Shown one piece after another: positions 1 to 11,162 of a stretch of 64,000 nt of DNA. The DNA comes from Trichodelitschia bisporula. Lineage: Eukaryota. The stretch spans positions 1,320,691-1,384,690 of the forward strand of contig ML996689.1 of assembly GCA_010356995.1 (NCBI GenBank), written 5' to 3'. Each line of letters opens with the position of its first letter. Within the stretch, counting starts at the first letter, position 1. The position numbers and the translations under genes are program-made. The notes below the pieces were generated by a model. That model saw only the letters and a list, made by a program, of their open reading frames with translations, was not told where the DNA came from and did no database searches.

Positions 1-2010
1 GGGGGCGCGACGAGCGTGCGCCCGTCCCTCGTGCCGTGGGCTCGCCGTCCGGCCACAAGAAGCGCAAGGTGCTCGTGACCGACGAGCAGTGCCAGCCGGA
101 GGAATACCACGCCAGCGCCATCGTGCACCTGGAGGCCTTCCTCAACTCGGCCAACGCGGGCGATCGCGCCGACGGCATCGGCGCTTCGCTCGAGGAACTA
201 CAGGCCGTGTTGCTGCTCGCTGGGTTCGCTCTGCTGCGCCCCGTAGCTCCGGGACTGTGGTATATCATCGGCGTGGCGGTGCGGTTGGCGGTTGATCTAG
301 GGTTGCATTCGGAGGACGCGGTGGATGTGCACACGAAGACGTTTGGGGCGGAGGAGGCGAGGAATGGGGTCCCGGCGCCGACGAACGGGACGGCGAGGCT
401 GCATCTTGTGCGGGTGAGGAGTTCGGGCCGGAGGCAGTATATTCTGGATTTTAGGAGGAGGCTTTGGTGGTGCGTTTATTCCTTCGACAGGCTGGTGAGC
501 ACGTGCGTCGGCCGCCCGTTCAGCATTACGGACCAGGTCATCACGACTGAGTTCCCCTGCATGTGGGACGATGAATACATCACGCCCCACGGGATACAGC
601 GGCCGGACGCCGGACGCGAGCGACCTAGCTACAAACTCGTTGCGCAGCACTATTTCCGCCTCCGGCTGTTGCAGAGCGAAATGCTGCAGGTGCTCCAACA
701 TCGCCAGGCCAGCTTCGCGCGGGAGCGGGGCGTGAATGCAGACAACGGCTGGATGCACACGCGGCTCCCGTCGCCGTTTTTGAAGGATTTCGACGGAAGC
801 TTCGCCGTCTGGCGCGCGGATATCGACCGTCGACTACGGGAGTGGATCGACCAGGCGCCCGGGCAAGCAGATGCAGGTGTCGGCTTCTCGCCCCTCTTTC
901 TCGAGCTGAATTACTGGCAAGCAGTCATCATGCTGTACCGGCAGTCTCTCTCCGTACCCCCGGTGCTGGCGGACGAGTTGCGCGCCACGCCGGGGGATGT
1001 GGAGAGCCCGACCGTGGTGGGCGCGGAGCAGGAAGAAGATGAGGATTTGATATTCCTGCGCGTTGCGGAGGCGGGGCAGAAGGTGCTCAAGTTATATCGT
1101 CGCTTGCACCGGATTTACCTTGTGAACTACACATTCCTGGCTACGCACCATTTGTTCATGGCCGGTATTTCGTTTCTCTACGCCATATGGCACTCCCCCG
1201 TCGTGCGCTCCCAGCTCGTACGTCCCCCTCCCCCTCCCCCTCCCTTCCCAACCCACTAACCCCTGAACCTAGACCCTCGACGACGTCGACTTCACCGTCC
1301 TAGCCGCAACCTCCGTCCTCGACGACCTCATCGAAAAATGCCCACCGGCAGAAGCCTGCCGCGACGCCTTCGTACGCATGTCCAAAGCCACCATCAAAAT
1401 GTGCCTCAGCACCACGGGCTTCGGGTCCCCCTCCCATCCCTCCCGCGCCCCGCCCCTGCCCACGCACACCCAGCCTCTCGACCCCGTCCCCCAGCGCCCG
1501 ACCTTCGATTACGATCTCCGCGACCTGTTTTCCGCGGAAGAGAGCGCCCAACGCCCGTTTGCCCGCTTCGCGCAGCCGCAGTTCCAGGCCCCGCCGCCGG
1601 CGCAGATGCTGAATCCGAGGATTAAGCAGGAGCGTCAGACATTCCGGCCGAGTCCGAATTTCAGTCAGCCGCCGCCGCAGGGTAGTGTTCCTGGCCCGGC
1701 GACGACGGCGGCGGGACCGCAGAGCCCGAGTCCTGCGCCCACAGCTTTCCAATCATACGAGGGGTTCGATGTGTACCAGGGCGGGGGCCCGAGTCCCTTC
1801 TCGGATCTGGATTTCTTGGATCAGGTTTATGCGCCGTTGGATGGGAGGAGTGATGCGAGTGGGGGGTATGGGGAGGGGGTTGGGGGAGAGGAGGAGGGGA
1901 TGGGGATGGGGGGGATGGGGATGGGTTGGGATGGGAGTTTGGCGAGGTTTAGTGGGGGGGAGGGGGGGGTGGATTTGTTTGAGGGGTTCTTTTTCGGGGG
2001 CGGGGTGTAG
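1..2010 (+). CDS. Fungal-specific transcription factor (Zn2Cys6 family middle homology region), UaY/PPR1-like; 5' end lies outside the window
   Basis: Fungal_trans motifs (RLAVDLGLH, RRRLWWCVYSFDRLVSTCVGRPFSI). Intron 1218-1272 (GTACGT..CTAAC..TAG) joins to TLDDVDFTVLAATSVLDDLIEKCPPAEACRDAF, which resembles UaY-like proteins. Acidic/aromatic tail DLFEGFFFGGGV. Zn cluster not in the window. Confidence 0.85.
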
Positions 2011-2771
2011 GGGAATTATGGGTGGGGAACGGGAAGGGAGGGGAAAAGGAGGGCGGGAAGGATTGGAAAAGGGGGATGGGAGGGCGGTGGGGCGAGATAT
2101 ACCCCGGGTTTTCTTTCTTGGCTTCAGGCTGGCTGGCTGTCTGTTTGGATATGTGGAGGGTACGTTAATGCGGAGGCTACGGTCCGATTTCCGTCGTTTG
2201 ATGAGCGTCTTATTGCCCACGTTCAAATACCCCCACGAGAGGAGTTAGCTTGATCGTAATCGATTGTAGACTGTACTCCATGTAGGAGGGAGCTTGATCA
2301 AATGCTGGCTAGATGTGTTGCCGATGACAGTGTTTTCAGAGAGATACACATGGACCTTGAGGTGGTATCACGATTTCTTTGCATACCGTAACCCTTGGGT
2401 TGTTCCACCTTATCTTTATCTGATCGTCGGATCATCACTGGTGTAAACATGGAAGAAGCATACTAAGGGATATGATGTAATGAGCGCATGATAGAGGGAA
2501 GGAGCAAAGGAGGATATTTGGCATCCTGTACCCGTATTTAAGACTGAGATTCTCTTCCTCTCTTCAACTTTACTTCATCTTCAGTTTACACAGTTGCCCT
2601 TGCACATATTAGAGCCTTGCTCCCATCACAAAGAAGAGATATGCGCACCAACAGTAGAAGCACAACAGTCGCATCTCCAAAGGCAAAGACCCAGGTCAAA
2701 AGAGGTAGCTACATCAAAATCGCACACCCAATAAAAGCCAACAGGTATCCCAGACGCCGTCCCTTATATTC

Positions 2772-4217
2772 CTAATTCCCCTTTCCCTTCAAAGGCACCG
2801 TAACCGCACTCTCAAGCGGCACCACACTCGTACCCAGCGTAACTTCCGCCCCGACCGGCGCCGCCGTCACCCCCGAAGGCGGCGGCCGCATAGCAGCAAG
2901 CGGATTCGCCCCCCCATTCGCAAGACTAAACGACAGCGCACTGACCGCACTCGCAGCCGGCTCCTCACTCGCCGAGCCTCCCGCCTTCGCATTCCCCTGC
3001 TGCTGTGCCTGCGCCGCCGCTGCACTCGCGCTGCTAGCAACTGTCGCCAGCGTCGTCCCCGTCGTCCCAGCCGGGCCCGGCGCCATCGCGCCCACAACCC
3101 CGGGCACACCCGGCACCGCGCCAAACGCCCCAGCGGGACACAAACAATTGCAGCTGCACGCTCCCGCCCCTTGGGCACCGGCGGCCGCCGGCGGTGCCGC
3201 GGCACCTTGTTGACCCTGTGCCGGTGCCGCCGAGGCTCCCGGCCCACCGACATTGACCGACACCGTCGTCCCCGGCAATCCCGGTGCCGCCGCGCCCAGA
3301 CCCGCGTTTTGAGCCCCTTGTTGGCCCTGCGCCGGCGCCGCACCCGGTGTTCCGCCGACATTAACCGACACCGTCGTCCCCGGCAATCCCGGCGCCGCAG
3401 CACCCAAACCAGCGTTCTGCGCCCCTTGCTGGCCCTGCGCCGGCGCCGCAGCGGGAGCTGCCCCTGGCCCGGCGGGTTTCACCGTTACCGTCGTCCCGGG
3501 CAGTCCAGGTGCGGCCGCCGCGTTGCCCTGCCCCTGTTGCGCGCCCGGCGTGGGCGCAACCGCAGGCGCCGCACCTGAAGCACCCGTCGTGATGGTAATC
3601 GTCCCCACTGGACTGGCTGCATTGGCGCCCTGGCCCTGGTTCGGCAGCGGTACGGGTTGTGCGGCTCCCGGTGCGCCGCCCGGGGATATCGTCACGGTGG
3701 GTTGTGGCGGCGCCGGCGGCGGAGCACCTGCGGCTACGATGCCCTGGCCTGCTGGCTGTTGCGCTGGTGCCGGGGCGCCGGGTGCGGCAACGGCCTGGGC
3801 GCCGGGACCGGCGGGGTTGACGGTGAAGGTGGGCTGGGGTGGAGCTGCGACACCGACGATGCCTTGTGCTGGGGGGGCGGGCGCGGTGGGGGCCCCGGCG
3901 GAAGGTATGGCGGCGGCGACGGCGCCGGAGGGGGCAATTGTCACCGTGGGTTGGGGAGGGGCGGGCGCGCCGACGATTTCGTTTTGCGCTGTGTCCGGGG
4001 AGGTGTTGTTGGTGTCCTCAGTAGGGGTCGGGTGGGTACGTTTCTCGAATTGGGGCACTTCGAGCCCGAGTGCGAGGGCCCAGGGCTCGGCTTGTCGGGC
4101 GGGGAGTGAGGATGCTGTCTAGTTTTCGTTGTCAGTTAGGGGTGTGGGAAGGGGAGGGGAGCGTACAGCGACTGTCCAGAGAGACTGCGCGGCGAGGAGC
4201 GCGGTGGGGAGGCGCAT
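2772..4217 (-). CDS. Predicted secreted Ala/Pro/Gly/Gln-rich repeat protein with a CxCxCxCP motif
   Basis: ATG at 4217 gives signal-peptide-like MRLPTALLAAQSLWTVA. Intron 4119-4166 (GTACGC..CTAAC..TAG) joins in frame to ORF 2772..4058. Dibasic KR follows a short pro-region. Confidence 0.8.
3243..3451. repeat. 108-nt (36-codon) imperfect coding tandem repeat
   Basis: GCCCTGCGCCGGCGCCGCA recurs 108 nt apart; peptide AAPAQGQQGAQNAGLGAAAPGLPGTTVSVNVGG occurs twice with diverged flanking copies. Confidence 0.9.
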
Positions 4218-5451
4218 TGTAGATTGTGGTGAGTGTGTCTATATGGGATGGGAGGTGAGGGAGCAAAGGCCCGCTTTGCAGTTAGGGGAGGAGTCAACAG
4301 CCTCGCCTTTCTAGAACCGAAGCCGTAAAAGTGTAGTCTAGCAAAGAAAGTCACGATAATCCGAAGTCTATCCCACGGGAGAGGAAAAATTAAGAGAAAG
4401 GACAAGAATCACCAGCGGGATAGCGCCCGCACAAAAGGCACATAAGCTTTCCGCCCAGCCCATGGTCCGCGGCCGCGACATGGCCAAGCGCTCCCAGGTT
4501 GCGCACGTCTCAGGCGGTTTCGGGCCCGACTCGGCGTGAGAGGGTGCTTCACGGGTGTGTGTGCATGTTTCGCGGGGCGGGGGAGAGAGGGACCGGGGGG
4601 GGTAGAGGGAGAGAGGGGATGGGACGAGTCGGGAAGGGAGGATTTGGGATAGGGCTGCTGCTGCTGCTGCTGTGGACTGCGAGATGTGATGAAGGGCCGA
4701 CAGCGCGAGTCCCGCGGCACGGGGTGTTTCGGCGCGGTGGCTGAGACGGGGGAGGGGGATTGGGGGGCGGGGGACGGGTTAGGGGTAGGATTAAGGCTAT
4801 TGCGCTGTGCTGCTATATTCATAGATTAGCTCGAGGAGCTGTGAGGGCAATTAGTGGGCGATTGGGGTGCGCGGTGTTAAGATTGGCACTGTTGACGATG
4901 CGTGCGGTGAGAGGTGTGGTCGGGGTGAAGTCGGCGGGATCGGGCACCCCGGTCCGCCGCCACGCCGCCCTGATCCCGGCCCGAAAACGACGAAAATTAT
5001 CGGAGCCGGGGTTGCGCAAGGCACATATCAACGATTGAAAGGTACAAGCTTCTCGAGCTAGCGGCGCTGCAAGAGCATCGCTTCTCTCTTCGGATTGAAT
5101 AGCACGAGCTGGATAGAGTATGCGATCTGTGCCGAAGCACGGAGTCCACATCATCACTCACCCCGCCTTTGCGCCGTGAATCGTACTTCCAACGGACCTT
5201 AAGATCGCCGGCACAGGCCTACCGTAGTAGACCGCACGGGACATGTGCGTTCGGTGTGTTGACCAGCCCGTGGCCGGTCTGAGTTTCCGGCTTCGGACGT
5301 AACATAATGCAAGCCGAGGCCGAAGATTCGGGTGGCGGATATTTCCATTGGCAGACGGGGGAGAGAATAAGATTAATAGGGATAAGAATACGCATTCGTT
5401 CAGGGATATCATGGACAGCCTCCCAAACAGATAACCACAGGACAAACGCAC

Positions 5452-7238
5452 TTACCGCTTCCCTTCCGGCGCAATCGTCCCCTCCGCATCCTCGCCCGAC
5501 TTGCTCAACACCCGTCTATCAATCTCGCCCACCCTCTCCTTGCCCTTCTCCTTCCTCACACCCCTCAACCGTCCCCAAACCCTCGCTCCAAACCCCTGCT
5601 TCCGCCTCTCGGCCTCCTGCGCCTCAAGTATCCTCCTCTCAGCCTCCGCACTCTTACTCTTATCAATCTGTTGCTCCTTCCGGCGGCGCACCTCCTCCGG
5701 GTGAACAATCCTCTCTTCAATCTCCACCACCCGCTCAACGCCGTGCTTCACCTTCTTCCGCGTCTTAACATACGCCTCCAACCCCACCAGCACCGCATAA
5801 CTCTTACTCACACTCACCCGACTCATATCCACACCCTCCTCCCTCAGCGCGCGGACGAACAGGCGAAAATTTCGCGTCGGCGGGCGGTAGTGACCACTGA
5901 GCGGGGACAGACTCCTAAGCTGTCCATCCTTAATCTTAATCAACCCCGCCGCACTAATCCTCGCCCCATGCAAAAAACTCGAGTGCTGGAACGCCCCGCT
6001 CTGCTTGATGCCCACATAAAGCCGGAACGAAGTGTCAGCGACAAAGATCCAGCTATTCGGGCGCGTCGATTTCTGGAGCAGTTGGTTGAGGATCACGCTG
6101 GCGGAGACGTGCTTGAGTTTGTGGAGGCCCTTAGCCCGCGTCAGGTCGTGGTTGAGGTAGTGCTGAGCGTCTTCGGCAGAGCCCGGGTGCGGTCCGGCAG
6201 ATATCGTTCCGGAAGAGGCGGTGCTGCTCGTGATGGCGCTGCTGAATGAGGCTCGCAGACCGCCCGCTCCGGATGCGGACGGTGGCCGGCGCACGATGCC
6301 TTCGGGCGAATCCATGAAGTCCGTAGACGTGGAAATGCGCTCGCCATTCCGCGCCCAACACAATCTGCCTTCCTTATCCACCACCACTAGGTAGTGTCTC
6401 CTCTCCTCACGGGACAAATATCGCACGCGCATCGAATCAAGCCTCTCCCTCGAAACCGTAGGAAGCTCAATGTCACGCCCCTCTCCCTCGTCCAGCCAGT
6501 AGAAGAAATTCTCCGTCGTATCCGCTCTGCGCCACTCGTTGTGGTATGCCCGGAGATTGGACCCGTAGCGATGTTTCGAGTCCACCAGCTCCAGGAAGTA
6601 CTGCAGGTCCATCATCTTCGCATTGCGGCGTCGTTCCTCTTTCGCTTCTGCTCGTCGTGCACGTCGTGCCTCACGCTCCGATAGCCGGCTTGTGTCGGAT
6701 TCTCCCGAATCCCACTCCGTCGAGCTGTCATCTCCGCCAGCGCGCATTGCCACCGCTCCCACGCGCTGCCAGTTCCGTCGTGCGGCGTCGGCACTCGAGA
6801 TACTCGCGCGAGCGGGGTCATGCCGTGAGATAGGGCGCGTGCGGGAGCGATATTGCACTAGACAAAATCAACGCCGCGCTCTCAGTATGCAGCGCAATCG
6901 CTTCATCAGGCAGCGGAAGAAGGGGTGCACCCACGCTCTTTAACCGCCTAGTCCCGCGCCCGTTAGTGCTATCCAGCGTGTACTGCACTCGCGACCCTCA
7001 GGCGACGTACCTCTATCCACCGTGTCTGTGGATCCAGTCCTATTCCCCGCATCTGCCGTCGCGTCCGATACCCTCTGTAATTGCGCTCGCGATGTCAGCG
7101 AGCGCCCAGGCTGCAGCCGCGGGGCAGAGATACCTGAATCAGGCGCGCGGCATCGTACTGGCGGACGTCGGGCTGTGCGCTCGACGACTCCGCCGAACCA
7201 TCACCGGTCGGCATCGCAGCCGGCACCGCGTGCTCCAT
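5452..7238 (-). CDS. IQ calmodulin-binding motif protein (IQM family)
   Basis: Exons 7238-7134, 7085-7011, 6947-6935, 6857-5452 rebuild the IQ motif LIQRNYRGYRTRRQ. Core motifs YFLELVDSKHRYGSNL, FFYWLDEGEG, FQHSSFLHG, SGHYRP. Start codon is a best guess. Confidence 0.85.
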
Positions 7239-8788
7239 AGGATCTAGGATAAAAGAGGGAGTGCTCGTGGAGGGAGTCGCGTGGGTGATGTGGGGTGACG
7301 GTGGTGGTGGAGGCCGGCGGGCTTGGCATGCGGCCCCGCAGCTTCGACGCAAGCTTCCATGCGCTGCTCGTGCTTTGCTTGGCACTTTAGGAGTGTCCGG
7401 GAGGGGAAACGGAGAAGGCACGGGAAGAACGGGAAGGGAAGGCCAGACCAGGGCGCTTGATTGGAGGCTGGTAGCCGTGCCGAGGAACCAGGGGGTTGAC
7501 AAACTGCGGTGCGTGTGGCTGGGATGTGGCTAGAGCTTGTCCAAGTTGTGGAGGATGACCAGGATGGGGAAGTGATTGGTTGTGGGGACAGACGACACCA
7601 TATCCGTCCCACTTCATCGTGGTGAACGTGATGGCGCAACGAGAGGATTCGGTTGGGTTTTGATGCGAAAGTTGGCGTTGGTGGCTGTGCCGAGTGGCGA
7701 ATGTTGGAGTGTGGTATCTGTCGTCCGGGGATTTTCTCTGTCCATCCAAGCTCTCGGGGAATTTGACCAAATGCCACGCAGAGATTGGAGAAAAGAAATG
7801 GGCGACGCTGCGACATCATTTGTCAGGCGTAAGATAGGCCCGCTGGTCCGACTTCGACGCAGTTACGGCTTTCCACATTAGCTCTGCTTGCGCCTGCATC
7901 GACGCTATGCTGGAAGCAAGCAAGCAAGGCAGGCAGCAGTGGGAATCAGGCCAGGCCCGCGTCGAGGAGATATGCCAGTCGCATAATTACATAGCCTGCA
8001 GTCAGCAACTCGCGGGCCGCCTCCACATCAAAAATAGTGTGTAGGGGGGAGGGGGGGAAGGTCGTCCAATATCAAAGCAAAAGGGGCGAAGGTGTCATGT
8101 TTCCTCTCTTTCGCAGGATCATGAGGGAAAGGCTAAACGAGCATGTGTGCGACAGGGGACGTTAGAGCCAGCATTGATCACTCCGGGGCGGGAGTTGGGG
8201 ATGGCGGCAATATATTATCGTGCACACCAGACGGCAGTTTCGATAGAAGCGAACAACTGTGTTCGTGATTAAGGAGGGTGTACTCATCTATGCTGGATGC
8301 TAGGCTCGGGCAGCAAGCAGTTTGCAGCTCAAGTCCCAAGACACTCGAGTCGCTCAAGTCGCAAGGTCGTCCACGCAGCAGGTGCACAACAGGTGTTTGG
8401 TGCTTGCACGACCACGTCTCTCCCAGCGAACGTCCTTCGTCGGTCGGCTCCAACGCACTCTCGCGGCGGGTCAGTTCGATGTACCCCGATCTGGGCCTGC
8501 GTCACGACAGGCACCGAGACTTGAAGTGACGAAATTGACATGCAGATAAAAAGTCTGGAGTATTTATGTGATGGAAGGATATGACAGAGAAAGAGCGTCG
8601 CATCAGAGACATGAGGTTACCGGGGGGGGGGGGAGGCGCCTCGGCATTGGGAAGGGCCGGGGGGCACGACGACGAGCTTGCGGTGACCTCGGGCGGTGGT
8701 TGTTGAAGAGGTCGGGAGGAGGAAGAGGGTACTGCACGTTTACAAAATTATCGCGTACATTTGGGGGGGCAATGCAGAAGATGGAGAG

Positions 8789-8818
8789 GCAGAAGCAGAA
8801 GCAGAAGCAGAAGCAGAA
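8789..8818. repeat. (GCAGAA)5 microsatellite
   Basis: Five perfect hexamer units read directly. Confidence 0.95.
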
Positions 8819-10560
8819 GTTGATGACGGAGAACGACAGAGGTTGGCCTTAAGACGAAATCCCAGAGAGGGGGGCCCCTCCCAATGTGGCACTAGTGGCA
8901 GGGCCCCACGCGCCCCCCGGCAGCGGCGGCGGCGGGCAGCAAAAGCGAGAAAGGCCAGACGATGGTGGACGGGTGGGCGGCCGGGAGATTTTGAGGTGCG
9001 TTGGGGTGGGATATGAGATGGAGGGGTTAGCGGACCGGCGGAACTACTGGCGGATGAGCTGGAGGGGCAGAATTGTGTATGCGCGTGTATGTGATCAATG
9101 TACGTTGTAAGTACTCCGTATGCGTGGGTTGAGTGAGTGGGGTGAGGGTGTGTGGTTGCGACTTGCGTGGGTTGTGTGGTTTGAAGTGCGTGCAGCAGAA
9201 AAGCAAGAGCAGAGCCTGGAGCTGCAGCCGCCAAACAGCTCCAAGGGAAGCCCAGACGACACCTCCAACTCCACTCCATCCACGTCAATTCCAACGCCCT
9301 GTCTTCCAACCTCCATCCTGACGTTTTCACGTCCGATATGAACATTGCTTTATTGCCACATGGTGGTCAAAGGCCCTGCAGGAATCTGCTCCTGTTTTAT
9401 TTTTTGGCACCGTTTTCCCGCTTTTGGGTTGCGTGCAGCCTGAACCGCTCTCACCTGCCCAGCAGCGAGATGACGCTTGATGGCCACGTCTCTCGCTGCC
9501 CACCCCGAATATTCGGGTACGCCCGGCCATCAATGGGCCTCTTTTTCGCTTTTCGCCCTTTGCATGACCTTGCAGTCGAGATACGCGGCATATTTGTCCG
9601 GACGTAGCTCCCGTTGGCCCCCCCCCGTTGCTGGTAATCGATCTCACATCAAAAGTGAGGGCAGATATTGAGATGCTGAAACGAGGTGCCCTTGCGGCTT
9701 AGGTCAAGCGCTAACATGGCTAAAAGGCTAACGGGAACGGCTGTCTATTGCGTACGTTTTCCTGGGCGTGCGGCAATGGACAAGCTGGCGCCTTTTTTTC
9801 GGGGGTGGAGGGAGACCAGGCCTAACCGCTGCCCTCATTTTGGGGTGGTGGTGGAGAGATGGGGAGAAGGGGGGGGGGATGTTGACTGCAGGCCACATCG
9901 CACTACTACCGTCATGACTCCTGCTTTATATTCTCACTGCCGGAGAGAATCATGATCGATGTGCGATGGGCGATGGAAATGGAATCTGATCGATAATAAG
10001 CTAATATCGCAAGATACGGGGGGGGGCGGGGGTAGTACTGGATCATTCACGCGCCCCCGTTGACGTACTTAGTTTCTGATCATATGTGGGGATATACATG
10101 GGGGAGGAATTGAAGATAGGTAAAGTTAGCAAGTAGTGTGAAGAGTACATGATATTACCCTTGTCGCTTTCATAGAGAAATATGTCTGTGGTTTGGTTGT
10201 CCCTTTCGTTCGCGTGCATCACGGGCGATTCGTTTCCCGTTCCCACCTCTCCTCCCCCCCCTCCTTCCAACCCCATGCTGAGAACTTTCATCCCATAAAA
10301 AATGCCAGGAACGTTCTTCCATCTCGTCATTAGACATCAAACTCATCAATCATCATTTCCCCCCATCAGTGAAGTAATGCAGGATGCAAGGGCAGATGTA
10401 GGCCTTACTTTCATCCTCATCACCAGGTCCCACGATCCTCCGCCTCAGCTGGTGCCGGATATGCCGCTAGGATAGTGTGTGGTGGGATACGTTCTTGGCA
10501 CAGATCACCAGCGGGCGAACCCTTGAAAAATGCTCAGCCTCTCACTCTGCCTCTTCCGCC

Positions 10561-10690
10561 TTTCTCTCTCTCTCTGTCTCTCTGTCTTGGCCCCAAGTCT
10601 CCGTCACTCATCTCCCTCTCTTCCTCTCTTCCTCTCTTCCTCTCTCCCTCTCTCCCTCTCTCTCTTTCTCTCTCTCTCTCCCTCTCTCTG
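10561..10690 (+). repeat. CT-rich polypyrimidine microsatellite upstream of SNT2
   Basis: About 130 nt almost entirely C/T; such tracts commonly mark fungal transcription starts (inference). Confidence 0.85.
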
Positions 10691-11162
10691 CGTCGCCTAC
10701 ATAGCCGGGGCAACTCGACAAGGAAGCAACTGCACCCGCATTCCGCCCGCCTTCACTCTCTCTTCCTCTCCCCCCCCATCCATCCCCTCCCATCCACATA
10801 TATCCATACTGTCCATCCATTCTCCATCTCCCTCCCCCCCCCCCAACACCCCCCCTCACCCAAGTCCAAGACCACCGTGTTTGCCGGTCCCAGTTTATCC
10901 TCTTTCTCGCACAACCCTTCCACAGCTCTCAGTCTCAACATCAACCATCGTCTACTCCCCGACTCTTCTTGCCATTCCTCCATCTTCTGTTGGCGTCTCC
11001 TGCCAACACCTCACGTATCAGCCCCCCATACCTTTCACAAGACGCGTCTTGTGGATTGCATCCTGAAGATACGTCCTCCGTCCTGTCGTCTATTCTGCCC
11101 TGCGTCCCTGTGACGCGCTTCCCACCTATTCTGCGTGGGTTGTCCCCCCTGCCCGCCCGCAG

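Noticed and set aside
7240..11162. ORFs in the 3.9-kb gap between the IQM gene and SNT2
   Set aside because: Low-complexity translations driven by microsatellites and GC content; no family motifs or consistent exon chain. Best read as divergent regulatory DNA.
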